A stretch of DNA of 64,000 nt from Calditrichia bacterium (lineage in GTDB: Bacteria; Calditrichota; Calditrichia; RBG-13-44-9; J075). This document shows positions 1-9,734 of the stretch, one piece after another. The position numbers were made by a program, and so were the translations under genes. Under the pieces are notes generated by a model. It saw only the letters and a list, made by a program, of their open reading frames with translations, ran no database searches and was not told the origin of the DNA. Position 1 is the first letter of the stretch. Every line of letters begins with the position of its first letter. Location: contig JBOEGD010000009.1 of assembly GCA_050633245.1 (NCBI GenBank), forward strand, positions 273,839 to 337,838, read 5' to 3'.

Positions 1-650
1 TTTCCGAAACGCCGTTCGTAATCCTGTTGACTCCGACGAATAACTTCATGCGCTTCATCGCGCCCATACACATGAGTAATTTCGCACTGGCTTTTTTCAG
101 TGCCGGGAACATCTTTGTAGGTTAAGAAATAGTGTCGGAGACGGTCAATCACTTGTTTAGCGCAATCTTCAATATCTCGCCATTGACCATAAACTGCATC
201 ATCTTTCAAGACCGCAATTATCTTGTCATCCGCTTCTTCGCCATCGAGCATTCGCAGCCCGCCAATCGGAATGGCCTGAACCAGCAAATCTCCGTGTGAA
301 ACGTCCTTTTCAGTCAGGACGCAGATATCGAGTGGATCATCATCACCAACAATTCCGTCTCTTCCGGTTTTTTCCATCGAGAGTTCGGCAACCTTCTCGG
401 CGCAATAGGTGCGCGGAAGAAGTCCATATAGCGCGGGGCAAGTGTTACTGTATTTCTGCGGTCTGTCTATCATCAAATGACCGGTAATCTTGTCAATCTC
501 ATATTTTACCGTATCGGTCGGAACGACCTCGATGTAGGCCGTAACCACATCCGGTGCATCTTTTCCCAACCGCACACCATGCCAGGGGTGGCTTTTAAAA
601 AGGATCCCCATCAGCTCCCATACCGGATCACCCAGAATACCTTTATCCAT
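1..650 (-). CDS. ppa: Inorganic pyrophosphatase, family I (3' end runs off the window)
   Basis: Not in the ORF track. Manual translation from ATG 650 gives MDKGILGDPVWELMGILFKSHPWHG...KYEIDK...DRPQKYS...YGLLPRTY...GDDDPLDICVL...GEEADDKIIAV...HYFLTYK, which carries the family I PPase motifs. Confidence 0.93.
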   Translation of the reverse strand, partial: MDKGILGDPVWELMGILFKSHPWHGVRLGKDAPDVVTAYIEVVPTDTVKYEIDKITGHLMIDRPQKYSNTCPALYGLLPRTYCAEKVAELSMEKTGRDGIVGDDDPLDICVLTEKDVSHGDLLVQAIPIGGLRMLDGEEADDKIIAVLKDDAVYGQWRDIEDCAKQVIDRLRHYFLTYKDVPGTEKSQCEITHVYGRDEAHEVIRRSQQDYERRFG

Positions 651-841
651 ATTGAAATCCCTTCGCCAACCCCGTTTTATTGCGGGCTGAAATTTCTATT
701 CTCAACACTACTTCGCTTAAGACTTCCCTAAGTACTGCGTGCTAAAAGGCCTGCCATCCATTTTTTATGCATAGCCTCAGGGCAAAATAAGTTCGTATTT
801 TGATTCCGTGATGGACTGATATTGATTTTAGCGAATTGCAC

Positions 842-1312
842 TTAAGCATGTTGAGCAGAACTTTTGCCAACTGCCGGTTTACGCCCTTCATGAAAAAAAC
901 GCACCAAACGAAGTGTATTTCTCCCGCGAATATGCCCATACGTTACCTCATCCATAACGTCATGCATAATAAATAAACCCATCCCGCCTTCTGGAACCTG
1001 ATCAAGATCTTCAACATCGTAATCCAGATTGGGTACGTCACGCATTTCCATTACACTTCCAGTATCACAAATATCAAACGTAATATGACTGATACCAATG
1101 TGCACCTCAACCTCAACAGTATTTCCGGAGGCACTACCATAGGCATGTTTAATTGCGTTATTACAGGCTTCAACGACACACAATTCAGCCTGGTACGCCT
1201 CAACCTCGGATAATGGCGTTAATGAACACATACGATTGATGGCTGTTCCAACAAGCGGAACGTTCTCAAGATTGCTGTTAATAGACAATACAATATGTCT
1301 TAATGATGCCAT
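842..1312 (-). CDS. Anti-sigma factor / Ser kinase, RsbW-like (HATPase_c_2)
   Basis: Motifs EACNNAIKHAY, ICDTG and EGGMGLFIMHDVMDEV; lies next to a STAS gene. Confidence 0.9.
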   Translation of the reverse strand: MASLRHIVLSINSNLENVPLVGTAINRMCSLTPLSEVEAYQAELCVVEACNNAIKHAYGSASGNTVEVEVHIGISHITFDICDTGSVMEMRDVPNLDYDVEDLDQVPEGGMGLFIMHDVMDEVTYGHIRGRNTLRLVRFFHEGRKPAVGKSSAQHA

Positions 1313-1422
1313 GCCAACTCCCTTCCAACTATTGTAATAAAGCCAGTGGCTGCATAAGAATGAACGCTTCCGGAAGGCAAATCGACCTTTCGGATGGCAA
1401 TGTTAAAATAATTTGGGGGTAA

Positions 1423-1761
1423 TTAGTTAGACAACGCGTCTACAGCACCATCCATGTCAGGAAACATGCGAAATACCTTATCCATACGCGTTAGTTTGAA
1501 AAGGTTTTTTACAGAATCCTGCGTTCCACAAATGGCCATGTCACCTTTGCGACCAAGCATCTTCAAGCTGGAAACGATAGCACCAAGACCACTACTATCG
1601 ATAAAGTTCACCTGATTCAGTGCAATAACAATCGAGTGATTTCCCTTATCAATAAGTTTATTCATCTGATCTTTAAACTGAACGGCAACCTTGGCATCAA
1701 GGCGTTGATCGAGAACTTCTACGACCAGCACATCGCCAATTTTTTTTTCTTCAAGTAACAT
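1423..1761 (-). CDS. Anti-anti-sigma factor, STAS domain (RsbV/SpoIIAA-like)
   Basis: FIDSSGLGAIV phospho-Ser motif. Start moved to MLLEEKK (ATG 1761), which follows an AAGGAG RBS. Confidence 0.9.
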   Translation of the reverse strand: MLLEEKKIGDVLVVEVLDQRLDAKVAVQFKDQMNKLIDKGNHSIVIALNQVNFIDSSGLGAIVSSLKMLGRKGDMAICGTQDSVKNLFKLTRMDKVFRMFPDMDGAVDALSN

Positions 1762-1826
1762 ATTTTTCTCCTTAAGTTCTATACTCTTTATGTTTCTGGC
1801 CGCAACAATACGACGCTTTATATCGA

Positions 1827-3374
1827 TCAATTCAATGCACTTCTTATAACATCACTATCGGCAGCTGGCTGGTGCTCCTTTTGCAATAAATCTAAAATAT
1901 TATCAACCGGAGAATAAACTCCGTCACCGGCTGAAACGAGAATTGTGATCCAACCAGACATTGCCGGGCCGCAAAGTTGAGCTCGCAAATCTGTGGCTTT
2001 CAGCGAATTGGCTGAAGAAAATTTTCCAAGGTCGAAGGGCTCACCTGTTTCATTGAGAATGCCACATACCATGTCCACTGGATTTAAGAAAAGCGCATTG
2101 TCCCATTCCTGTCTTTCAGATGCTACATCGTTGCGTATCTCAGAAACGTGTAGCAACCTTAACTTACGCTGATCACCTTCCTGCACCCAAATTGGACTGT
2201 TTTCTCCTTGCTTAGAGCTGGGAACAACCGAGCAAATGCGAATTGGCCTGTTTAACAGAACATATAGCTGGTGACTAAGCTCCTCTAAATTTTCGGCAAA
2301 GAATTCTTCACGAATATCTATATTTAAGTCTTCCTGAATAAAATTTACAACGTGATCCAAAAAGTCAGCATCAACTACCTGATGCTTCAGGCGATCACAA
2401 TAATAATAGATCAACTCCTGTAGCTCGACCAGCATTCCGCCCATTAATTTGCGTTGATAAAGACTGTCGGCCTTTAGACGATCGTGCAGCGTATTATTAA
2501 GGCAGCGCACAAAGACAATGTCCCCTTCAGTTTTTTCCAGCTCCTTTAGAAAGACAAAACTGCTTGAAAATGTGTCAGTTTCATCAATGCCATACTCACT
2601 CACACTGGCAATAAAATTCACCCCATAACCTTCATAGTATTCTACAGATCGAGATAAACCGACACGCAGCGCCTCGGCCTGTTTTTGAGGAGCAGAAAAA
2701 CGAATCCGACTCTTCATATCGCGGTCCTGAACGTAGGCAGTGCTGCTGACAAGATGCTCTTCGAGCATCGTGCGGCTATCGAACATGTATTGATGACATT
2801 TCATAAGTGCTATAGGTTTGCTCAGATAGTTAAGCCCTTCGGCAGAAAGAAGCATTTTTAGAACACGATCATGTTGCTTTTGTTGAAGCAGCTCCTCCAG
2901 GCATTCTCCATTCTGGAGAAACGCCGTTTGTAAATCGCCATAAAAAGGAAATCCAGAAAGCCTCTTGAAAAAACGCACAACTGCAAAGTCATCATCAGTA
3001 ATCGCTGAATGCTCAAGAATTTCCAGATCGAAAGGAATGCCGCGTTCATAGAGCTGCAACAAAGGTCGCATAAATTCCGGATATTCTTCAATTAAGACTA
3101 ACTGAGAGCTACGTCCAACGGATGCGGCACTATTGTAGGCGGTTATTAGGCGTGGTTCTTCGCTTTTCGTAATTTCAACAATACCATCTCCAATACATGC
3201 AGCATGAAGTGTTCGTTCGCTGTCAGTAGATTTAGTAAAGTTCTGTAAAGAAGACAACTTATGGTTGCTGGCATTATTCCTAGCTGCAGCGTCTTTCCGG
3301 GAAGCTTTTCCAGGTTTCATAGTACAAATCCTTTTGTTAAGCCATACATCCTTGTATGCAGGCATCCTTGCCAT
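1827..3374 (-). CDS. DUF4301-like protein, strongly diverged
   Basis: Remnants of DUF4301 blocks: GLNYLSKP, RTMLEEHL, LNRPIRIC, LNPVDMVC, C-terminal DLLQKEHQ. The start codon is uncertain. Confidence 0.65.
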   Translation of the reverse strand: MARMPAYKDVWLNKRICTMKPGKASRKDAAARNNASNHKLSSLQNFTKSTDSERTLHAACIGDGIVEITKSEEPRLITAYNSAASVGRSSQLVLIEEYPEFMRPLLQLYERGIPFDLEILEHSAITDDDFAVVRFFKRLSGFPFYGDLQTAFLQNGECLEELLQQKQHDRVLKMLLSAEGLNYLSKPIALMKCHQYMFDSRTMLEEHLVSSTAYVQDRDMKSRIRFSAPQKQAEALRVGLSRSVEYYEGYGVNFIASVSEYGIDETDTFSSSFVFLKELEKTEGDIVFVRCLNNTLHDRLKADSLYQRKLMGGMLVELQELIYYYCDRLKHQVVDADFLDHVVNFIQEDLNIDIREEFFAENLEELSHQLYVLLNRPIRICSVVPSSKQGENSPIWVQEGDQRKLRLLHVSEIRNDVASERQEWDNALFLNPVDMVCGILNETGEPFDLGKFSSANSLKATDLRAQLCGPAMSGWITILVSAGDGVYSPVDNILDLLQKEHQPAADSDVIRSALN

Positions 3375-3622
3375 TGCTTATTAACCCGATAGTAATCACA
3401 AGAGCTCACGCACTTCCGATTTCTATATGTAACTAAAGTGACGACAGAATAGCCTCTCAGCTTTAATTACCTGATCGTCAGATGAAATTAATGATAGATT
3501 AAGTAAAGTGGAGGAATCTGCAGCGTCTCATAGAATGTAAAGAATATGACAAGTGCTGGCGGTATATCGGTTTGAATCTAGGGAAGGATACAAAAACTTC
3601 AGCCCCATCTACCCGGACTTTC

Positions 3623-3648
3623 AAAAAAAAGTCACCATCCCTGGTGAC
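3623..3648 (-). terminator. Rho-independent terminator after the RsbU-like gene
   Basis: Minus strand reads GTCACCA-GGGA-TGGTGAC followed by T8. Confidence 0.75.
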
Positions 3649-3656
3649 AGACCATC

Positions 3657-4898
3657 TCAGCAGTGATGATTCTTCACCGTCCCATCCATGAGTTCATTTT
3701 CAGCTGAAGCATCAATCATTTCCAGTGCTAGTATCGAGACATCATCTCCAATCGAGTTGTATCCACACCATTTATTGGTTATTTCAAGCATATGTTCCAT
3801 ACTTTCGGTTAAGGGTGAATCACTTTTTTCCTGAAGCGTTTCAACCATGCGCTGCAGACCAAACTGCTCCGCATCTATATTCTGCGCTTCCGCGATACCA
3901 TCAGAGTAAAGATAGATTCTATCTCCCGGTTCCATTTGAATGGAATGTTCAACAAATTCATTTTCCTCAAGGATTCCAATCGGAATCCCCGGAGCTTCGA
4001 TAAGCCTTCCACCGAAGCGCTTGGAAAGATGAATTATTTGTGGGTGTCCGGCGGAGATAAACCGAAACTCACCGGTTTTTTTATCCAGCAAACCGTAAAT
4101 CAGCGTGAAATATTGACTATTTTCGGGATTTAGCTGAAAACGCTTATTCAACTGATTGGCCACTTCTGTAGGTTGAGTAATTTGATACCAGGGCTTCTCA
4201 TCCAGTCGACGCTTTAATAATGACGCCTCATCAATCACCGGAGACAGTAATCTGCTAAGCGTTACTGCCAGCAAGGCTGCAGATACACCATGCCCACTCA
4301 CATCCAGTAGATAAACACCAAGATAATCCTCGTCGAGATTGAATACATTAAATATGTCGCCGGCAAGCTCATCGCATGGATCAAAGCTCCAGTCTACTCT
4401 AAAGTTGTCTAACGGAGGTGGAGAATCGGGAAGCAGCGAAACCTGAATTCTTGCAGCAGCTTCAAGGTCGTGCTTCATTCGAACATTGTTTTCTGTAAGT
4501 TCGGCATTCTGTGAAGACAGCTGACGTTCCAGATCGATGACTCGTCGCGCAGCCTGTAATCTCACTCGTAATTCTTCCCGATCCAGCGGTTTGGACAGAA
4601 AGTCGTCGGCGCCTGCTTCCATCGCTTCAATAAATTCATATTTAGCCGATTTCGCGGTAAGCATAATAATATACACATAGTCTGAGGAGCCAATTGCACG
4701 GACTTTTTCTACCAGCTGTACACCGTCCATTCGCGGCATCATCCAGTCAGTAATCAGAATGGAATAGCTACCGCTTCGATATAAGTCCAGAGCTTCCTGC
4801 CCATCTTCTGCTGCATCTACATCATAATCCCATTTTTCAAGCGATCTCTGCAAAACCTTGCGAGACACCATATCATCTTCAGCAATGAGAATTTTCAT
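3657..4898 (-). CDS. Response regulator-PP2C phosphatase (REC + SpoIIE, RsbU/RsbP-like)
   Basis: REC motifs ILIAEDD, ITDWMMP, FLSKP; SpoIIE motifs AGDIF, DVSGHG, SAGHP, YSDG, DDVSI. Confidence 0.92.
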   Translation of the reverse strand: MKILIAEDDMVSRKVLQRSLEKWDYDVDAAEDGQEALDLYRSGSYSILITDWMMPRMDGVQLVEKVRAIGSSDYVYIIMLTAKSAKYEFIEAMEAGADDFLSKPLDREELRVRLQAARRVIDLERQLSSQNAELTENNVRMKHDLEAAARIQVSLLPDSPPPLDNFRVDWSFDPCDELAGDIFNVFNLDEDYLGVYLLDVSGHGVSAALLAVTLSRLLSPVIDEASLLKRRLDEKPWYQITQPTEVANQLNKRFQLNPENSQYFTLIYGLLDKKTGEFRFISAGHPQIIHLSKRFGGRLIEAPGIPIGILEENEFVEHSIQMEPGDRIYLYSDGIAEAQNIDAEQFGLQRMVETLQEKSDSPLTESMEHMLEITNKWCGYNSIGDDVSILALEMIDASAENELMDGTVKNHHC

Positions 4899-5084
4899 GC
4901 ACACACCTTGATTAGAAATTGGATAAATTTCTGGTTATCTGGAAATATTTATAGTTGTCACCTTCATAAAGTCGCCTTTTTACAACCAAACTTTAAGATT
5001 CCGGCGAAAAAAGCCATCGTTTCGTGAATGAATTCTGTTTATATTCATCGCAATCATAAGAAACACACAATGAAGGAGGTTAGA

Positions 5085-5708
5085 ATGGCAACAGGATTTA
5101 TTCCCGGTAGAACCGTTGAGGTTCCGGAAATCCCCTTTTTGGAAACGGTAAAGCTTGAAGCTTCCAATAGCGCAATTGTTGTTGTTGATATGCAAAATGA
5201 TTTTGTAAAAGAAGGCGGAACACTGGTCGTTGAGGATGCAGTAAAAACACTACCTGCCTTGCAAGACTTGCTCGCTCGCGGACGTAAAGCCGGCGTGCAA
5301 ATTGCTTACACTCAGGATAGTCATAATGATGGTGATCCGGAATGGGATATTTGGCCACAGCATTGTAAAACAAATACCTGGGGCTGGAATATTGTTGATG
5401 AACTGGCACCAAAGAAGGGCGACCTGGTATGCCGTAAAAGCCGCTACGATGGCTTCTACGGCACTGAACTGGAGCACTTTTTAAGCAGGGTTTGGAAAGT
5501 TGAAAATCTGGTAATTGTTGGAACAGTTTCCAGCATTTGCGTGGCGCATACCGCAGCGAGCGCCGGATTGCGCTGGTTTCGCTTAACAATTCCTGCCGAC
5601 GGCATGTCTGCATTAACAGAATTTGATCAGGCACTTACACTCAGACAAGCCTCATGGCTTTATTTAGGAAGTGTTGTAAAAGCCACCAGCGATATTCACT
5701 TTACTTAG
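5085..5708 (+). CDS. pncA: Isochorismatase-family cysteine hydrolase, probable nicotinamidase
   Basis: VDMQNDF, DSH, WPQHC, K-SRYDGF, SICV (catalytic D-K-C plus metal ligands). AGGAGG RBS before ATG 5085; directly upstream of pncB. Confidence 0.8.
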   Translation: MATGFIPGRTVEVPEIPFLETVKLEASNSAIVVVDMQNDFVKEGGTLVVEDAVKTLPALQDLLARGRKAGVQIAYTQDSHNDGDPEWDIWPQHCKTNTWGWNIVDELAPKKGDLVCRKSRYDGFYGTELEHFLSRVWKVENLVIVGTVSSICVAHTAASAGLRWFRLTIPADGMSALTEFDQALTLRQASWLYLGSVVKATSDIHFT

Positions 5709-5719
5709 GAGATCTTTTC

Positions 5720-7294
5720 TTGAAGCCACAACATCGCCGGATTGCAGAAGGCATTCTTTTCACAGATCAATATCAGTTGACGATGGCACAACTCTATTTT
5801 CGTATGGGCCTACACAATAAAGATGCACAGTTCGATCATTTTTTTCGCAAATATCCAGACTATGGTTTGCACAAAGCCGGCTTCTGCGTTACTGCAGGGC
5901 TGGAATGGTTATTAAACTGGATCGAAGAGGCCAGCTTTGGAGATGCGGAAATTCATTATCTGCGCGAACAGCGCAATGCCTCCGGTCATCGACTTTACGA
6001 CGATGCTTTTTTAAACTGGTTACAGAAAGAATTCACGTTTGAGTCCCTGCAAATCAGAGCGATTCCCGAGGGAAGAGTCGTTCACCCGAACGTTCCTCTT
6101 ACGGTTGTTCAGGGACCATTGGCTGCAGCTCAGATTCTGGAAACATCGCTTCTGAATCACCTGAACTATCAGACGTTGATTGCCACAAAGGCAGCACGCA
6201 TTTTTGAAAGCGGACGCGGTCAATTGTTATTAGAGTTTGGCCTGAGGCGCGGGCATTACAAAGGTGCAAACGCCGGTACGCGTGCTGCGCTAATCGGCGG
6301 AGCAGACTATACATCAAACGTCGGAGTATCTCACCTAATGGGTCTTGGCCCGCGTGGAACACATGCCCACAGCATGGTGCAAACGTTTCTTGCACTTGGA
6401 AAATCTGAACAGGATGCTTTTCAAGCTTATGCCGATGTATATCCCGATGAATGCCTGCTGCTTGTCGATACAATAGATACCCTCGGAAGCGGCGTACCAA
6501 ACGCCATCCGGGTTTTTGAAAAACTAAAGAAAAACGGACATAAGCCGGTTGGAATAAGACTGGACTCAGGTGACCTGGCCTATCTTAGTATTCAGGCAGC
6601 AAAGATGCTGGACAAAGCAGGATTTGAAGACTGCGCTATCGTACTCTCTAACAACCTGGACGAACTGGTGATTTTGCAGATTATAACACAGATTCTGGAA
6701 GAGGCCCCGCGCTATGATGTCGATGCCGACAAGCTTCTCAGGCGCCTGGTTTATGGCGTGGGTACAAAACTGGTTACCTCAGAAGGCGAATCCAGCCTTG
6801 GAGGCGTATTCAAGCTCGTGGCCTTACACGATAAAGGACAGTGGGTTCCGGCTATGAAAATTTCCGAAAATCCTGAGAAAACACCTAATCCCGGATTAAA
6901 AAACGTCTGGCGCGTATATGATAATCGTAAAAATGCCTCTGCCGATCTTATTTGTCTGGAGGATGAAAAGCCACAGCAGTCCAAACAACTTACACTTCAT
7001 CACCCCTCGGGATATACCAAACAACGCACGCTGGAGAGCAGTGAAATATCAAACCTTGAGCCACTTCTAAAACCGGTATATGATCAAGGTAAACGGCTGG
7101 AAGCACCTATTCCACTCGATCTCATGCGCGAACGCCGTAAGCAGGATGTAGAGCGGCTGGACCCTGGTATTCGACGTCTGATGAATCCACATATTTATCA
7201 TGTTTCGCTATCAAAAAAGCTATGGAATATGAAGCAAGAGCTTATTGAGAAGGTCCGCTCAAGCGGCACTACATCAGAAAACAAGGAGGCGTAA
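5720..7294 (+). CDS. pncB: Nicotinate phosphoribosyltransferase
   Basis: [38 protein letters not shown]. Likely TTG start at 5720 after AGGAGA. Confidence 0.93.
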   Translation: MKPQHRRIAEGILFTDQYQLTMAQLYFRMGLHNKDAQFDHFFRKYPDYGLHKAGFCVTAGLEWLLNWIEEASFGDAEIHYLREQRNASGHRLYDDAFLNWLQKEFTFESLQIRAIPEGRVVHPNVPLTVVQGPLAAAQILETSLLNHLNYQTLIATKAARIFESGRGQLLLEFGLRRGHYKGANAGTRAALIGGADYTSNVGVSHLMGLGPRGTHAHSMVQTFLALGKSEQDAFQAYADVYPDECLLLVDTIDTLGSGVPNAIRVFEKLKKNGHKPVGIRLDSGDLAYLSIQAAKMLDKAGFEDCAIVLSNNLDELVILQIITQILEEAPRYDVDADKLLRRLVYGVGTKLVTSEGESSLGGVFKLVALHDKGQWVPAMKISENPEKTPNPGLKNVWRVYDNRKNASADLICLEDEKPQQSKQLTLHHPSGYTKQRTLESSEISNLEPLLKPVYDQGKRLEAPIPLDLMRERRKQDVERLDPGIRRLMNPHIYHVSLSKKLWNMKQELIEKVRSSGTTSENKEA

Positions 7295-8559
7295 TGCCTT
7301 TAGATATTTCGCGAATTCGCGAGCAGTTTCCAGCGCTTTCACTGACAGATAATGGTCAGCGACGCATTTATCTGGACAACCCGGCTGGAACACAGGTTCC
7401 ACAGCGCGTTGTAGATCGCGTGTCAGACTATTTCATTCGCTGCAATGCCAATCGCAGCGGACAGTTTACAACTGCCAGAGAATCTGATAAAATTGTTTTT
7501 GACGCACATGCAGCAGTGGCCGATCTGCTTAACGCCTATTCTCCGGATGAAATCGTTTTTGGACAAAACATGACCAGCGTAACCTATCACATCGCGCGAT
7601 CACTGGCAAAGTTATTCAAAGCCGGAGATAAGCTGATAGTTACCCGTATGGATCACGACGCCAATATTTCGCCCTGGCTGCAAATGGCAGAAGACGTGGG
7701 CATGGACGTGCTCTGGTGGGAGTTCAATACCGAAACCTATCAATTCGAACTGGATGATTTGCAAAAGCTGCTCGATCGCGGCGGAGTAAAGTTCGCGGCC
7801 GTGAACTATGCCAGCAATGCATTGGGAACGATTAACGATATTAAAACGATATGTAGCATGATAGGTGAAGCCGGGGCACTCAGCTTTATCGATGCCGTGC
7901 AGTTTGTTCCACATGCTCCAACAGATGTTCAGAAAATCGGTTGTGATTTATTGGCCTGCTCAATCTATAAAATTTATGGTGGACATCAGGGTGCTGTTTG
8001 GGCAAAAAAAGATTTTCTGGAATCACTGTTTGCCTATAAAGTTCGTCCGGCCAACGACGGTAGTCCGTGGCGATTTGAAACGGGTACTCAAAGCCATGAG
8101 GGGCAGGCCGGTACGCTTGGCGCCATGGAATATTTAGAAGACATCGGCAAAACGATGGCGCAGGAATATGAATCATATTTTCCACAGTTCAGCGGAAGAC
8201 GTTTGCATTTGCACACGGCTATGTCGGCAATAAAAGATTATGAGGAAGACTTAAGCGCACATCTGATCTCTGGCTTGCTGGCAATTCCAGGCGTTACCGT
8301 CCACGGCATCAGCGATCCGGAAAAGATGCATTTACGTGTGCCAACCGTGGCTTTCACCCATAGGGCTCACTCCCCTGCTGCAATTGCAAAAGCACTGGGC
8401 GAAGCAAATATCTTTGTATGGAATGGTCACTACTACGCCATCGAAGTGATTGCCAGCCTTGGCTTAACAGATAGCGGCGGCATGGTACGCGTCGGTGCAG
8501 GACACTACAACACAACTGCCGAGATAGACGAGCTACTGCAAGTTGTAGCGGATCTCTAG
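7294..8559 (+). CDS. Cysteine desulfurase-like PLP enzyme (aminotransferase class V, VC1184-like subfamily)
   Basis: YLDNPAGTQVP, DHDANISPW, IDAVQFVPH, CSIYK (PLP Lys), FETGT, HYNT. Coupled to pncB by a TAATG overlap. Confidence 0.88.
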   Translation: MPLDISRIREQFPALSLTDNGQRRIYLDNPAGTQVPQRVVDRVSDYFIRCNANRSGQFTTARESDKIVFDAHAAVADLLNAYSPDEIVFGQNMTSVTYHIARSLAKLFKAGDKLIVTRMDHDANISPWLQMAEDVGMDVLWWEFNTETYQFELDDLQKLLDRGGVKFAAVNYASNALGTINDIKTICSMIGEAGALSFIDAVQFVPHAPTDVQKIGCDLLACSIYKIYGGHQGAVWAKKDFLESLFAYKVRPANDGSPWRFETGTQSHEGQAGTLGAMEYLEDIGKTMAQEYESYFPQFSGRRLHLHTAMSAIKDYEEDLSAHLISGLLAIPGVTVHGISDPEKMHLRVPTVAFTHRAHSPAAIAKALGEANIFVWNGHYYAIEVIASLGLTDSGGMVRVGAGHYNTTAEIDELLQVVADL

Positions 8560-8569
8560 GGCAGTACAG

Positions 8570-8638
8570 ATAGACGCATGCAATGCGTCTCAACAGACAG
8601 TCAAGGCCCAGTAAAGACGCAATGACTCGCGTCTCAAC
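8570..8638. repeat. Two REP-like palindromes
   Basis: AGACGCATGCAATGCGTCT-CAAC and AGACGCAATGACTCGCGTCT-CAAC share an AGACGC...GCGTCT stem. Confidence 0.6.
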
Positions 8639-8649
8639 GAGAGCGATAT

Positions 8650-9318
8650 ATGAACAAAGAGACAGCATTACGCAAAGAGATGGTCCACCTTGGACGAAAG
8701 CTCTACAACCGAGAACTCCTGGTGGCCACAGAAGGCAACTTCAGCGCTCGTCTTGATGAGGAGCGTTTGCTCGCTACACCAAGTGGACTCTGCAAAGGCG
8801 AGCTGATCGAAGAGGATCTGGTCATAATCGATCTGCGCGGCAATCACCTGGCCGGCGAGCGACGCGTGTCTTCCGAAATAAAAATGCATCTGGAAGTCTA
8901 TCGCCAGCGACGCGACGTGCAGGCAGTCATCCACGCACATCCACCGATGTGCATCGCCATGATGCTGGCTGGCAAAACGCTGGATCGTCCAATACTCGCT
9001 GAATGCGTGCTGCTTCTTGGAAAAGTACCCATTGCCCCCTACGCCACGCCATCGACGAACGAAATACCTGATTCCATTAAGCCCCTCATCCCGCAAACCG
9101 ACTGCATTTTGCTCGATCATCACGGTAGCCTGACGGCCGGCAGTTCGCTAAAAGAGGCCTGCTACAAACTGGAAATGCTGGAGCAAACAGCGAAATCCTA
9201 CCTCACCGCCTTACAGGTCAGCGGAACAGTTCGCGAACTCTCCGAAGAAAAAGTGGCAGAGCTAATGAAGCTACGCGAAAGCCGCTATGGTATTACCTGG
9301 CCAATTATTCCTTTTTGA
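8650..9318 (+). CDS. Class II aldolase/adducin family protein (FucA-like)
   Basis: EGNFSAR, ATPSG, SSEIKMHL, VIHAHP, LDHHG (Zn-binding His residues). Confidence 0.9.
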   Translation: MNKETALRKEMVHLGRKLYNRELLVATEGNFSARLDEERLLATPSGLCKGELIEEDLVIIDLRGNHLAGERRVSSEIKMHLEVYRQRRDVQAVIHAHPPMCIAMMLAGKTLDRPILAECVLLLGKVPIAPYATPSTNEIPDSIKPLIPQTDCILLDHHGSLTAGSSLKEACYKLEMLEQTAKSYLTALQVSGTVRELSEEKVAELMKLRESRYGITWPIIPF

Positions 9319-9439
9319 GAAAGCTTCAAAGTTCCAGGTTCGGTTTCTGCATTTTCCTTATGTCCAGTCTAATCCCGAAAGTACCAAAAAATAAATGATC
9401 GCTAATTGTTCCAAGAACATATTGATTCTGAGGAGAAAC

Positions 9440-9553
9440 GTGGAGTTTTATAACAGCACCGATGAAGGCTTTTTTGACGCCGGATTCAAGATTATCAACG
9501 AGAACGGTGAGCTGTTTGTACTCATCCGCTCTCATGCAATGGCAGGAATGTAG
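9440..9553 (+). CDS. Candidate 37-aa small protein
   Basis: GAGGAG RBS, then GTG start: MEFYNSTDEGFFDAGFKIINENGELFVLIRSHAMAGM*. Sits in an otherwise empty ~415-bp gap. Confidence 0.3.
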   Translation: MEFYNSTDEGFFDAGFKIINENGELFVLIRSHAMAGM

Positions 9554-9734
9554 AACTACTTTATCATTCGTAATAAGACGCAACTGGCCGAATTGCTTGC
9601 AACCCAAAAAGCGAAAGAATCCTTCCAATTAAAAGTAAGATTTTCAGACCTCGCTTTTGACAAATCTCACAACGGTGCATTCATTCCGGGACTATACTGT
9701 TTTTCATGCATTTTTATGCCATTCCGGAATTCTA

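Noticed and set aside
300-400. Apparent frameshift in ppa near the poly-T run at ~368-373
   Set aside because: Careful re-reading gives a continuous frame (MEKTGRDGIVGDDDPLD). The gene is absent from the ORF track only because it runs off the window edge.
9326-9628. 100-aa minus-strand ORF
   Set aside because: No recognisable motif or RBS; probably spurious.
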